Positions 26,801 through 41,706 are shown, counted from the stretch's first letter. The stretch: DNA of 64,000 bases from Cenococcum geophilum (GCA_050273025.1 CP158635.1:30318001-30382000), one strand, 5' to 3'. A program made the numbers and translations. The notes: a model not told the origin generated them from the sequence alone.

Positions 26801-27419
26801 AGTTACCTTATATAGCTTTATCTAGGATTATCTAAGAATTACTAGGTAACTTAAGGTAGTAATAAAAAGCCTAATTAGTTCTTTATGGTTTAGGTATTAA
26901 ATCCTAGGTATGCTATATAGGTAATTCGGCCTAAGATTATATGTTTGCTATTAAATCCAAATACGTTAATATGCCGGTTAATGGGAGTTAGGGTAAAACC
27001 ATTATCTTATATAAAGATCTTATTAATAAATCTTATACTACTACATTAGGATTTTTTGGGCTCGTTATTGTAGTTTATAGTAATTGCTACAAACTATACA
27101 ATTTGCACAGTTGTATATGGTCAACAGCGTTTTGCGTAAACCGCGCATTTTATAATAAATTTATACTACCCGCTAGTAAAATATAGCATAATACGCCTTA
27201 CAAATATAAATTATAAAAACTATATAAATTGTAAAAACCGTATAAATTATAACTATATAAATTATATATTATATAATAACCCAATTATTACATATTCCTA
27301 TAGATTGCTATAATATACTTTAAATATATTTATATAACTATATAAAATATAAAGCTATTTACGTAGGTATTAAGGGGGAAACCTTTTATAGAGGCTCTAA
27401 ATTATTAATTAGCCTAGTG

Positions 27420-27622
27420 TTTACCTACCTATCTACCTACCTAATTGCCTGCCTACCTAACTACCTACTTATCTACCTACCTGTCTATCCGTCTATCCGT
27501 CTATCCGTCTATACCTACCTATCTATACTTACCTATCTATACCTACCTGTCTATGCCTACCTGTCTATACCTACCTATCTATACCTACCTATCTATACCT
27601 ACCTATCTATACCTACCTGTCT
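27420..27622 (+). repeat. Compound microsatellite: (TACC)n, (CTATCCGT)3, then 14-bp ATACCTACCTATCT array
   Basis: Read directly; the 14-bp array spans ~27511-27622. Confidence 0.9.
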
Positions 27623-27778
27623 ATATTACCTTAATTTAATTAATTAATTAAATTATTTATAGTGTTCACTGGCTAGTTATTTAAACGGTTATTATATAGC
27701 TTTAGCGATAGTTATATAGCTCTAGCGACGGTTGTCTAGCTCTAGCGACGGTTGTTTAGCTCTAGTAATAGTTATCTG

Positions 27779-30700
27779 TGTTACGGGACACCCCTATAAC
27801 ACCTTACATACGTCTACCTGTTTCTACCAACTTGGCAATTAGAGACTAACCGTAAAATAGCAATCTAATAGCAATCTAACGGCAATCTACGGCATTCTGC
27901 TATATTCTGCCAAGTTCTACCAAATTCTGCTAAGTTTTGCAAAGGACTACGACCTAAACCCTATTCTGCCCTATGCACGTATTAACCAAGCAACCAAGTC
28001 AACGATATATGCCCTTTCTTCCCGTTTTCCTACCTTCTTTCCTTACGCAACGTCTTAATCTTATTACACAGTTTATGTATATAGCTTAATAATATCTACT
28101 TTGCTATATATTATCGTCACTTATGCTTACTCCGTAACACTATATTATATTAAACCTATACCACCTTATCCCGCCCAATATGCAGAATAACTTAGAAGCC
28201 CCTATATCTATAACTAACTTACGTAATATATTTACCGAATAAATAAAGGGCCTGTAATAGGCCTTTATAGATGCCCTTGCTTAATAAGAGGCTTAATACT
28301 AAAAGACAATTAGATCTCTAAGAAAAGAAATTAAAGAAATCCGCCGTAACCCACTGTCTGCTATACCGTCACCCCTACCTATTCCTACTAGTGTTAACCT
28401 ATAAGTACTAGATGGAGGAGACGTGTCTAGGACTAGCTCCTTAACCCTAAATTCGCTAATTAGTGCCCCTATAAAGAAGCTAACCGAATATCTTCCTAAT
28501 CCTCTCGCTTATTTAGGTAAAAGGAGTAAACTACGCTCCTTCCTTAACTAACTTAAAAATAAGCTAAATGGTAATATTAATCGCTACCCTACTCCTAATA
28601 GTTAACTATATTATACTATAAGCCGTCTAACGGGAGATGCCGCGGAAACTATATACCTGTTTTAGCTAAATACTATAAAAGAACTAGTTACCATACTAGA
28701 AGCATCTTATAGCAACCCTAACTAAATTATAACGGTATAAAGGAAACTAAATAAGATAATATATAGCTCTAAGAGCTTCCTATTATACTTTACCGAGTTC
28801 CACTACTATACTAAAGAGACTAGATAGAACGAACCCGCCCTAATTAATCGCCTAGTGGAATCCTTAAACTCTAAACTAAAGGCTTCCCTTATAGAAGTTA
28901 AGCTGCCGGATACTCTTTCTGCCTACGCTAATGTTATTAACGGCCTATATAACGATATACTACGCCTCGCTCCAAAATATATACCTTAATACTTTGTTTC
29001 TTAACCGCCTAAGACTTGCAAGGACCTAGACGCTATAGACATTAATACTAAAACCCTCTTTTATGCCCTAAAAATATCTACTAAATATAAACGACGTATT
29101 AAACACGGCCTTTATTTTAAATGCGGAAGCAACGCTTATATCTTAAGTTACTACTCTATCCCCCTGCCTAAAATAAATATTTAAATAACTAGTATAGGCG
29201 GTGTACCGCTATCCCAATTATATAAAAGGACAACTAGTATAAGCAACCGATTATTTCCGTTAAGCCCTGCCTATTGACCCTAATCGTTATCTAATTCTAG
29301 TTTGGTATTGTCTGAATAAGTTTAAACAGAAATTTATGGACGCAATCACGTGAGCTAAGCGAGCTCAGGAAACCCCTTAAATTCTACCTCTTTATGTACG
29401 ATTAGAACAACAAGTCACCACCATCCCAAAGAGCATACGATACTATACGTATTTCGTGCCCCGGGATATGACTTACTTGTACCATTAAGTTGGTACAAAC
29501 AGGTATTTAGTAAGTACTACTTATAAGGACAAAGCTACAATCGACATGCTATAAGAACTCCGCCCTAATTACCTCTAAAAAGAAGGTTTTAGAGCTAAGT
29601 CGTTCTCCAGAACGGCTCTACCTTAGGATCTTATTAAACATATTTAACGTTATAAACTCCGACTCTTAGGACCGTAGTATAACTATTAACTGCCGTCTTT
29701 AGTAGAATGGTTAATAAGCTAATGCTTAAATCCTAATTAATATAGGAGCTAGCGGCATAGGATTTATTAATAAGATCTTTATATAAGACAACGGTTTTAC
29801 CCTAACCCCCCTTAACCGGCATATTAACGTATTTAGATTTAATAGTAAACGCACCGTCTTAGGCTGTATTACCTATGTAGTAGCCCTAAGACTCTAATAC
29901 CTAAACCACGAAGAACTAATTAAGCTTTTCGTTACTACCCTAGGTCACCTAGTAATCCTTAGATAGCCCTAGATAAAGCTATATAAAGTAGTTATTAATT
30001 AGGATAACCTTAAGCTTCTATTTACTGCCTTACGTTATAAGCAAGAATGCTTTATAACGCACCGCCCCAAGACAAGCAGAAGCTTAAGCTTAATATATAA
30101 AAATACTAGAAGGACTGGTATTCTACTATAAAAAGGATTTTTAAAGAACCCGAACCCAAATCTAATACTAACTTTATACCTAATACTAAACCCAAAGCTA
30201 AATAGAAAGCTATGTAAGAAACTATAGACGATCTAAACAAGCTTAATACCCTAGACATCTATATAATTGGAGCTACCCCACTAGTATAACTTGCCAAGAA
30301 ACCCAAGTATATAATCTTCGCTGTTATAATAGCCGATATTAAGAAGGCCTTAGCATTAAAGAAGTACACCGACCCTGCTATAAAGGTCCTAGTAGAGTAC
30401 TATTACCGCCTAGATGCATTCTTATAAAAGGAAGCTAATAAGCTACCGGAACACCGACTATACAACTATAAGATTATACTTAAAGAAGGAAAGCAGCCCG
30501 GATTTGGACCCCTATATAGAATATCCCAAAATAAACTCTAAGTGCTATAAAAGTATTTAAATAAGAACCTAAGTAAAGGATTTATTAGAGCAAGCTTATT
30601 GCCTATAGCCGTATTAGTGATCTTCGTTAAGAAACCTAGCGGCGGTCTGCGCTTCTATATAGACTACTAAGCCCTTAACGCCGTTACTATTAAGAACCGA

Positions 30701-33700
30701 TATCTAATCCCATTAATATAAGAAACGCTAAACTAATTAAGTAAGGCTCGTTACTATACAAAGTTTAATATTATCTCCGCATTTAACCGCCTCTGTATTA
30801 TAAAAGGAGATAAATAGCTTACTATATTTCACACCCAATATAGACTATTTAAGTACTTAGTAACCCCCTTTAGCCTCGCGAACGCTCCAAGCTCGTTTTA
30901 ATACTATATAAATAATACCCTACGTCCCTACCTAGATATCTTCTATACTGTTTATATTAACAATATCCTAATATATAGTAATAACCTAACCGAATACTGG
31001 AAATACGTTAATCTTATATTATAAGCCTTATACGGAGCTAGTCTGTAATTAGATATAGATAAGTATAAGTTTTATAAAATAGAAGTTCTATACCTTAGAC
31101 TTCTTATTTCTATAATCGGTATATAAATAAACCTAAAGACAGTTAAAGTAATTATAAACTGGTAAGAACCTAAGAATATTAAAGACATAAGAGCCTTTAT
31201 AGGATTCGCTAATTTCTACTAATAATTTATTAACAACTTCTCCGCCCTAGCTTTACCCCTTATAGCCTTAACCTAAAAGGATAAAGCCTTTATCTTTAAT
31301 AAGGAATATAAGAAGGCCTTTACTTATCTAAAAGTTATATTTACTACTACACCTATACTTTAACACTTTGACCTAAACCGAATAGGTATTATAGAAGCTG
31401 ATTTTATCCAACTATGTTACTAGAGGCATTCTATCTTAATATAATAAAAATAGAGTATTATACCCCGTAGTATACTTCTTAAAGTAATTAAGCCCTACTA
31501 AATATAATTATAAGATTTATAATAAGGAACTACTAGCTATTATTAAATGCTTTAAATAATAGTGACCTAAACTAGAAGGCCCCGGATTCCCAATTAAGGT
31601 CCTTAGTAATTATAAGAACTTGCAGTACTTTATAACTATAAAATAGCTAAGCCACTATTAGGCCCGCTAGTTAGAATATCTATCTTATTTCTAATTCTTA
31701 ATTATATACCGTCTAGGTATTTAAGGCTAGAAGCCTAATACCCTAACCTAACGCTTATAAGACGCGCTAGTACTAAAAGAAGCGCGTTTCTACTAAAAGC
31801 AGACTTTACTTTGCCTCAAACTATTTAACCCTCTTATTAAAGACCTTATACTGCACGTCCTTAAAATAACTAATTAATTAATTGAACAGATTATAGTTAA
31901 TAAATACTTAAATGACGAGTTTATTTAGAAAACGCTTAAGCTAATACAGGATAGCATTAGACGCTCTAAAAAGATTTCTCTAAGTAAATGTAAAGCCTAT
32001 AGAAACCGCTTATACTACTAGAACTGCCTAGTTATACCTCACTATAACGAACTTAAGCTTAAGCTCCTTAAATACGTATACGACCTACTAGTAGCCAGCT
32101 AGCTAGGCTAAGGAAAAACCCTAGAGCTACTCTAATGGGAGTATTACTAGCTAAATATATATAATATAATACGAAGGTACATCTCTAGCTACTATATCTG
32201 CTAACGAGTTAAAGCTTTATATAAGACGTACAACGGCCTTTTAAAGCCACTGCCTATCCTAGACCAAAGATGGAAGGATATCTTAATTAACTTTATTATT
32301 AATCTCCCCGTAAGTAAAGGCTGTATAAATATTATAGTAGTTATAAACTGACTATCTAAGATAAGACACCTAATTGCCTATCTTAATATATTAATACCTA
32401 CCGTCGCCTAACTATTCCTAGATTACGTATAAAAACTCTACAGACTTCCTAAAATAATTATCTCCGATAAAGGTAGCTAGTTTATCTTTATAATCTAGAA
32501 AGAACTAACTACCTAACTTTATATTAAAGCACTATTATCTACAGCTTACTACCCGGAAACGGACGGTTAAATAAAATGTGTAAATACTATTATAGAATAG
32601 TATATTTATAGGATAACTAGATTAACTGGCTTGTATTCGCCGAGTTTACTATAAATAACTCTATCTTAGAAACCACAAAGGTCTCCCCGTTCCTAGCTAA
32701 CTACGGCTAGTATCTATAAATAGGTTTTAAACCTTTTAGTAATATTCCTCGCCCCGCTTATTACGCCTTATAAATTATAAAAGTAAATAAATTTATAGAA
32801 AAGATGGAGGAACTATAATAGTTCCTTACTAATAAAATAATATGGGCCCAATTTATCTATAAAGCCGCAGCGAATAAGAAATAAACCTTAGTACTAGTCT
32901 ACTAAATTAATAACTTTTTTTTTAGCTAAATATAAGAAATCTAAACATAAAATAACCTGCTAAGAAACTTAATTAGAAGAATGCTGGCCCTTATAAGGTT
33001 AAGAAGGTTGTCTCCTCTTACTCCTACTAATTAAAGCTCCCTAATACGATTAAAATCCACCCCGTATTCTATATATTAGTCCTTCGCCCTACTGCCCCCG
33101 TATTAAACGCTCTACCTAGACAGATATAGGACCCTCTCCCACCAGTTAAAGTAGATAGTAAGAATAAATACTTTGTTAAAAGAATTAATAATATTAAGTA
33201 TAATAAACGGAAACGCTAATATATATATCTTATAAAATAGAGAGGCTTTACTAAGTCCTTATGGGAACCCGTTAACTCTATAGGACTTATATAAGCCATA
33301 GAAAACTTTTACAAACTCTACCTAGAACTACCACAGCCCCATCTCGCAGAAGCTTAAGTTTAAAGGGGGCGTACTATTACGGAATACCCCCATAATACCT
33401 TATACATATCTACCTATTTCTACTAACTTAGTAATTAGAAACTAACTGCAAAACGGCAATCTAATGGTAATCTAACGGCAATTTACGGTATTCTGCTATA
33501 TTCTGCCAAGTTCCACCAAATTCTACTAAGTTCTGCTAGGACTACGACCTAAACCCTATTCTGCCCTATATATGTATTAACTAAGCAACTAAGTTAACGA
33601 TATATACCCTTTCTTCCTATTTTCCTACCTTCTTTCCTTATATAACGTCTTAACTCCTTATATAGTTTATATATATAGCTTAATAATATCTACTTTGCTA

Positions 33701-33733
33701 TATATTATCGTCGCTTATACTTACTCCGTGACA
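27779..33733 (+). mobile_element. Gypsy chromovirus Y2
   Basis: LTRs 27779-28139 and 33375-33733; TSD ATCTG/ATCTA (one RIP-type change); gag ATG 28180; CCHC relic ~29113-29155; VYI(DD)IL ~30950-30970; PPT AAAGGGGGCG ~33362; chromodomain ~33160-33330. Confidence 0.95.
29309..29501. mobile_element. 193-bp solo LTR of an unrelated family inside Y2
   Basis: TGTCTG...CAAACA ends; perfect TSD GGTAT at 29304-08 and 29502-06; absent at the homologous position in Y1 (~52955). Confidence 0.9.
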
Positions 33734-36106
33734 ATCTAGCTCTAGCGACGGCTGTTTAGCTTTAGTAATGGTCGTCTAGCTCTAGCGACAGCCGTTTAGC
33801 TTTAGCGATGGTTGTTTAGCTCCAGCGACAGTTGTTTAGCTTTAGCGACGGTTGTCTAGTTCTAGTAACGGTTATTTAGTTTTAGTAACAGTTGTCTAGT
33901 TCTAGCGATGGTTATCTACTAGCTATTATTCTAGTATCTCCTTAGGTAGAGAGGATATAAAGAAGAAAGGGTAAAAAATAAGGTGGCTACCTAGGTATAT
34001 ATAGGGGGTATACTTAGCAGAGGCATATATAGAGGTTATTAGGAATATAGTGGGGACCTAATAGTAATATGTCGCGCATATACTTTTATTTTATTTTATT
34101 TTATTTCTATTATATTATACTACATATAATACTACGTATGCAGCCTCGGGCTATAGCGCTATAGTTTTATATATATAAATACTTTCTAGGCAGCTTAATA
34201 TATACTAGTAGCTATGTCCTAGTAGTTTATAAATCCCTAAACTAGGGGTTTATAGTTCCTTTGTAAAATACTAAGTTACTATAACTACTAGAGAATGAGA
34301 AAACGGTAAGAAAAACTATAAGAAATCCTAACCCCTATCCCTATCCTTTTGCAATTTATTTCTGTTCTTTTACTCTCTACTATCTTTTACCTAGGTGTTT
34401 AGTAGAAGCTACCTCCTTCTAGAATCCTATTAATTTTATTCTTCTATAGAATCTTCTACGCTAGTACTATATACTAGTTTAGCTGCTTTAAGAGTCTTAC
34501 AGTCTTTACTATTAGCAAAGTGTTTTTCTTAACAATTAATGCAAAGAGGGGTAGTATGCTTATAGGCCTTGCCCATTATTATATAGGTAGGACAGCAGTG
34601 GTCTTTAAATAGATGTGTAGTCGCATAATATCTATAGGCCCTAGTAGAGCATCTATCTCCTATATGGCCAAATTTTTAGCAGCTATTACACTGCGTAGTA
34701 GGAGAGACTTTGAGGTATTTTACTACCTTAGTAGCTGTACCTGCAATTAAGATCTCTTTTTGCTTAAGGATTTCTTGTCTTTTTTCCTTATTCTCTATAG
34801 TAAAAACTATAAAGCTAAATCTGGTTTATAGATCGTGTCTTTTTACACTAGATAAGATCCATTTAGGTAGTCCTTATATCCCTATAGGATTAAAGGTCTT
34901 AATTTCTTCCTTTAGAAGCTTGGAGCCTCCTTCTCCTAAAAACGGTAAGGTAGGAACACTATGGGCTATAATTTAAACCCATGGCTCTAGTTTTTGTTCT
35001 CTTTAAAAGGTAAAGCAGTTATACCAGATTTCCTTATATTTGACTAGGAAATCTACATTATACTCTTCTATAGTTATAAGGAGAATATTTTCTTTTCTTT
35101 TAGTTCTAGCTATAGACGCTAAAACTGGTTTTTTTACTTGCAGTTTTAATGCAAATAGTTAATTGACTTTGTTTTATATAGAGAAGGTATTTTAAAAGCT
35201 AGTCCTTTTCGTCTGTAATTAAAACTAGCTTCCTTTCTTATAGTTGCTTTTTTTACTTCTAGTAGAAGTAGAGCTAGAGCTAGGTGTGCTGCTAGTTACC
35301 CTACTAAAAGGAGGAGGTAGTGATGAGGAGGGTAAGGAGGACGAAGAAAGTAGGTCCTTCTTTAGCCTCTTTGCATAAGTTTCTTTAATAGGGGCTACCT
35401 CCTTACGGAGAGCTCTTACTTCTTCTACTAGTCCTTTTAGGACATCTCTTGCCTTTTCTTCTTCTTCTTCTCTTATAAAGGGGTTTTCTCCTACTAGGAT
35501 ACTTTATATATAGTCTACTAGCTATCTAACTTGTTCTTCTTTTTTATCTCCTTCTAGCCCTTTAAAGGCCTAGACTAGGCTTTCTAAAGCCTTATATAGA
35601 TGTTATTCTAGGGAAAGAGAAGAGGAAGGTATACTAGGCGTACTAGGCGTAATAGTTATTAGTTTTATAGTCTTTTTTATAGGTTTTTGGTTTTCCTTTT
35701 TAGGAGAAGACTAAGGATGTCCTCTTTTTTCTCCTATTCTAAATAGGCCAGGAGAAGGAAAAGGGGGAGAAAAAGTAAATATAGACTCTTTATTACTTAT
35801 TTCTATAGGAGGTTTTTTTTAGACCTATTAGGCCTTGGCATTTTGTATCTTATAAGGGGGTTTCCTAGTTTTTACAGTAGATAATAACCTCCTTAGGTCT
35901 TTTATCTCCTAGTCCTAGAGGTAAAAAACTAGGCAAAAAGCCTTGCTAGTTTTACTATCCTTCTACGCCTTTTCTCCTTACTAACCCTACTAGAGGATTT
36001 CTGGGGAGGTTAAGCTAAAAGGTAGTAGAAAAACTAGCTAAAAAAGACTAGTATAGTTATTTTCTTTTTCTATTAGAAGAAGTGTAACGGGACTAGCCTA
36101 GTTATA

Positions 36107-37872
36107 ACGTAGTTGACCAGAAAGCGAGCCACTCCACGTAGCGAGCCACACAAGAATATTCCTACCATTTTTTATTTCATAGCAAATTACACCAAAATCG
36201 AAAAGCCTCAGCATATTGCACGATGCCAAATCAATCTTTGCCCTCTCGTAAAGCCGAAACCACCATATAAAATATTATACAAGATCTTTCTTCTAGTGTT
36301 AAGCTGTTAATTCGCAAGGCTTCTAGCGCCTATGGAGCACCTAGATCTACCGTTAGACATCGTCTTACTAGCCATCTCCTACGACACAAAGCTTACCTAG
36401 GTTTATTATATCCGCTATAAGAATAGTAAATTACTAAATAGCTCTATAAATATTAATCCTAGGACCCTCCATTAAAGGCTTATATACTTTTAGAAATAGC
36501 TTATTTCTATTTAGGCGAAGGCCATACCTTAAGCAAGCATTAGGGGCAAAGATTTGTTCAACGCCACGGTCTTAGTACTAAACTAAGTTATTAGCTTAAC
36601 TGTTAGAGAGTTTAGAGTGGCGATCTAGCAGTTATATATAATTAGTTTAGGTTCTTCTGTACTATACGTAAGCGATATTAAGTTAAGTATTTAAATTTTA
36701 TCTATAACTTTAACGAAAAGGGGTTATTACTAGGCCTTATATTAGTAGCCTAAGTAATTATATTGGGTAAGGTATATAGGGAAAGATTAAAAAATTAAAT
36801 AGTTATATAGCTAGGTACTTGTAAGTCAGTATCTATAATTAAAACGATTTACGCTAACAGCTCTCTACCGCCTACCTTCTTAATTTAGAAGACGTAATAC
36901 TACTAGGAAGGATAGTATTAAATTAGTAAGTAAAATAAGAGCCTTCGCGGATATACGTACACTATATTCCTTAGTAAGTGGATAAATAACTCTTTAGGCC
37001 TATATTATATTAAACATTATAATAAATATACGAGACATCTTATAAAAGATTCTAACGGTAAAATATAGTATTATTGCCTACTTTTAATAGATAATTATTA
37101 GAGCTACCCTACCTAGCAATTTATTAAGTATACGCTCGCGTATAAAATTATCTTAGCAGCTTTATTACCTTATCCGACTTATAAGCTTTAACTACTAGAT
37201 ATAGGTTATTTTAGGCCACTTTCTTACTACTACGGGAAGTTAGTAGATATCTTCTATCGATATAGCCACTTAGGCGTTAATAAGGAATTTTTTAAAGCTC
37301 TACCCAAAGGCATATATATAGGTATTTACCCCTAATACAACCTATAGCGCCTAGAAAGCTATAGGCCTTCTATCTTATAATTCTACTACTATCTTAGAGA
37401 CTCTTACCCGTATAAAGGTAAGTCTAATCTTAATTATACTTATTAGGGTTTAGAACGGCTCTGTTTAATATAGCGATATTAAGCTCTAATATAGTCATTA
37501 GTGTCTTTAGAGTGCGTAAAGTAGTAGGTATATTTAATTCCTTTATATCTTGGCTTTTAGAAGGCTCTATTATATATTTAGTTATAATCCATAGCCTATA
37601 AATAAGTAGATTAAAGGGTCGTTGATCCAGAAAGGGACGTCGCAGGAATATAGTAGTCGTCCGTGCCATTAGTCGGCGCGTGGGTCTATATCACTACTAT
37701 AACGTAGTTAAATTAATTTAAGCAATATTAAGATCGAAAGAGTAATATAAAAGCTTTAATTTAGCCTATTTGAAATATATATAAGCTCGTTGTTAATTTT
37801 ATTATAAATTAATCAAATATCACCTATATGTGGCTCGCTACGTAGGGTGGCTCGCTTCCTGGTCAACTACGT
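36107..37872 (+). mobile_element. Fot1/pogo-type (Tc1/mariner) DNA transposon, 1766 bp
   Basis: ~45-bp TIRs ACGTAGTTGACCAG(A/G)AAGCGAGCCAC..., with an internal AGCGAGCCAC direct repeat; TA TSD at 36105-06 and 37873-74. Confidence 0.96.
36223..37780 (+). pseudogene. RIP-inactivated pogo/Fot1 DDE transposase
   Basis: ATG 36223; IYNF(D)EKG ~36699-36723; LL.D.. ~37078-37100; HKL(QP)LD(V)G.F-like ~37180-37212. End approximate. Confidence 0.88.
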
Positions 37873-40800
37873 TAGTAGGAATATCTCGGTGAAATACTCA
37901 ACAGATAAATTCCAACGCTTTGGCCAAATTCTACCAGATTAATTAAATTCTACCGAAGTCCGTTAAAGACCGCGTGCGTATATACGCACGCATCGACCAC
38001 TAAGCCCCTAACTATTTAATTATATAATTCTCTTATTATTCCCTTCTCTTCTTTACGCAACGTCTTATTCTTAGCGAGAGCTATATACCCTTAGATTTAA
38101 ATAAAATTTATATTATTCCTTTAAATCTTCCCTAAAGTCTCTTCGCGCCCTTATATTATATTACGTTAAAATAACTACTATTAAAATAGTAAACAAACTT
38201 AAACCCTCCGCGTTAACTATAAGCATTATAGCCCTAGTTAGGGAACAGTTAACTATAATATAACAGTCCTTTACGGATGCTTTGGCCTAATAATAAGCAA
38301 TATTAGAAGCTTAGCACTAGTAATTAATAGGAGTAATCCGCGAAGAACTCCGTAACCTTAAAGTACTTATATTAGAGACCCTAATAGTAACACCTATAAA
38401 TAAAATTAAAATAACTATATATAAACTTAACCCGTTAAATATAAACCCTAAACTAGTAACGGCCGCTTAACCCGTACCTGTAATAAACCTAGTACCTACT
38501 ATAAAATCTAAAAAGCTCCCTAACCCTCTAATATTTAATAGAAATTAAAATAACCTACGTCCCTTTATAACTAAGCTCTATCTTAAACTTTTAATAAACT
38601 ATAACTAATACCCTATTAAAGCTAGTAAGATTAGCTATAGAATATCTTATTTAAGTAAAGACGCTATATAAATTATAGACCCATTCTTCCGTAACGGCAC
38701 CTTTATTAATTTTCAAATCTTTATCTCTTTATTAGAACAAATATATAATAACACTAGCCGTAAATATATAGCTATTACTAAACTTAAAACCCTATAATAA
38801 CGGAACCGATACTTTACTAGCTTCTTTTTGGAATTTTTAGGCCTTATTAGTAAACTAGATTAGAATAAAGCCGCTAGAGTTACTACTCTCTATTAATCTA
38901 TTTTAGATAAAATTAGAGCATAGTTAGTAGGTAGAGAACTACTAAAGAACTTACCCGAATTTTCTATAATATATTAATAAATTAATAAGGACCTTTAATA
39001 TAATAAATAGACTTATTTCCTAAAGCTAACTACACCTTATATTTAAAATTTTACGAACCTAGTATATACCCTAAAGCGCGATCCGTCTCTAAAACTAAAA
39101 AGCCCTATATATAACCCTATAGACCTTAACACCACTTAATCCTATATACCCTTAGGAACCGATAAACAAAGAATATAAGCTATAAATAGAGAATGCTTCG
39201 GATATAGTAAAAAGGGATATATTTAAAAAACAATTGCCAAACTTACCCTTTTAAAAAGGTCTAACGTAGTTCCTCTTAGTCCTTAAATTGTACTTATTTT
39301 ATAAATTATACTTAGTCGCTATAAAGTATCTTACCTTTAGTTAATTTAGAAAATAAATTATCCTAGGGCTAAGTTACGCCTTAGGATAAGAAGTGGAAAA
39401 GTATAAGTATTTAGGCTCTTTTAGCGCTAATATATAACACAACTCCCTTAATATACTTAGTAAAATTTAAATACTTAAAAAATAGAAGGAAGTATAAATT
39501 CTTATAGATAGCGGAGCTACTAGTATAGGCTTTATTAATACAAACTACGCGAAAACTTAACGTTTAAATTTAAAGAAACTTAATAAGCCCTAAGGCCTAT
39601 AAGGCTTTAATAGTAAGCCTTTAATATATAGTAAACTAACGCACTCCGCTCTTATAAAGATGCGGATAGGCGAATACCTTAAATATATTTCCCTATTTAT
39701 AATACCCTTAAAGTATTATAAGATAATACTTAGATATAAATAGCTAAAACAATATAACCCTTTAATTAGCTAGGTTAAAGAAATACTAAAATTCCGTATA
39801 ACCTACTGCCGAAGTTATTACTTAAAATACTACTTGCCCTATAAATATATATATAACTATTTAAATTTAAAATAATATAAATTACCCTTACTATAAACCT
39901 GAAACTAATATAATAAAGTTATAACTACTAATCGCGGTAAAGAATGCGAAGATAATATATTAAAACCCCTTAAAATTTATATAATATAAGCCGTACCCTT
40001 TTATTTATTAGTAAGAAAACAAGACTATAAGATCTTTACTATAACACTAAAAGATATTAAAAAGGCGTTGGAACTAAAGTAATATATTAACCCCTAACCT
40101 CTTATACCTAAAGAATATTCTAATCTAATTAATACGTTTAAGAAACAATTTATAGACTAACTACCCCTATATTAAGACGAGTACGATTTTAAGATAGAAC
40201 TTAAACCTAATATAACCCTAAAGTTCGGCCCGTTATATGGTATATTGTAAGAAGAGCTGCTTATAATATAATAATACCTTAAAGAGCACCTAAAGAAAGA
40301 ATTTATTCGCCCTAGTTAATTACTATTTGCCTTACCTATATTATTTATTAAGAAACCTAAAAAAGGCTTAAGGTTCTGTATTAATTATTAAGCCCTAAAT
40401 ATAATTATAATTTAAAACCAATATCTAATTCCTTTGCTTTAAGAAACGCTTAACCGCTTAGTAAAAGTATAATACTTTATAAAGCTTAACATAGTTACTA
40501 CCTTTAATTAAATCCGTGTTTATAAAGGAGATAAGAAGTATATAGCTTTCCGTATATAATAGGGACTTTTTAAATACCTAGTAATGCCGTTTAGTATAAA
40601 GAATGGTCCTAGTACGTTTTAGTAATATATTAATAATACGCTTCGCGAATTCCTTAATATATTTATTACTATGTATATTAATAATATCTTAATCTATTTA
40701 TCTTTGCTTTTTAAGTATTAAAAGCACATCTAAATAGTCCTTAAACGCCTATAAGATGCGGGCTTATAATGTGATATTAAGAAATATAAGTTCCACGCGT

Positions 40801-41334
40801 CTAAAGTTACGTACTTAGGCCTAATTATATCCTATAACGGAATTAAAATAGACCCTAAGAAAATCGCTATAATTATAAACTAGGAAAATCCTAGTAGTAT
40901 ATAAAACATCTAAGGATTTCTAAGATTTGTAAATTTCTATTATTAATTTATTAACCACTTCTTAAAAATTGTTTAGCTATTAGTAAACTTAATAAGGAAG
41001 AATATAAGATTTAAATGGACTATTAAATATAAATAAGCTTTTAATAACCTAAAATATTGTTTTATAACTACTTTAATTTTTACCTACTTTAATCCGGACC
41101 TTAAATATATTATTAAAACTGTCTATACAAGTAGAGGTTACGTGGTTATGTCTCTAATTAGTCATCCTTACGGTGACTCATCAGCCCCCTATTTAGGCAC
41201 CGCGATCCTTACGATCCTCTACGAGAGACATGAATGAATCAAGAACCAGTTACCATATATTACAATTGCAGTACCCCCCCAGGTAATACTAACACTAATC
41301 AGTTGATATTACAGATCAGCCAGGTGTTATTACA

Positions 41335-41706
41335 AAGAGAGGCACTACGCGATCGCTCCTACTAAGGCCCGTTAACCACGTTGTGTTTGCTAAGGAAAAC
41401 CCTTCCTGTATAGGCCCTGGGAACTTAAAGAACCGACTCCTCCAAGGCTTCGTTCGGTTCGCGTCCATTACGCAAATTAACCCCATACGATCTCTTCACT
41501 AAGTGCTAGTACCCCCAATACCCAAGAGAGACACCACGCGATCGCTCCTACTAAGGCCCGTCGATCTCGTCGCGTTTGCTAAGGAGAACCCTTCCTACTA
41601 AGGCCCTAGGAACTTAAAGAACCGACTCCTCCAAGGCTTTATTCGGTTCGCGTCCACCACACAAAATTAACACCCAGTACGACCTCTTTACTAAGCGCCA
41701 GTACAC
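41335..41706 (+). repeat. 189-bp-period tandem duplication in the mini-LTR element leader
   Basis: Copies begin AAGAGAG at 41335 and 41524 and align over ~180 bp. Confidence 0.92.

Larger units (their letters stand above)
27697..33918 (+). repeat. 20-bp minisatellite TAGCTCTAGCGACGGTTGTY, split by Gypsy Y2 (27697-27778 and 33734-33918)
   Basis: About 4 units left and 9 units right of Y2, with a period of 20. Confidence 0.9.

Noticed and set aside
27417..27647. Tyr/Leu/Pro-rich ORFs
   Set aside because: Translation of a TACC-based compound microsatellite.
33734..33918. CRISPR-like regular array
   Set aside because: Head-to-tail 20-bp units with no unique spacers, no cas genes, and a eukaryotic context.
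34710..37669. Short ORFs 34710-34976, 36113-36310, 37430-37669 (also 10411, 42741, 42875, 49358)
   Set aside because: Antisense or off-frame fragments within identified transposons.
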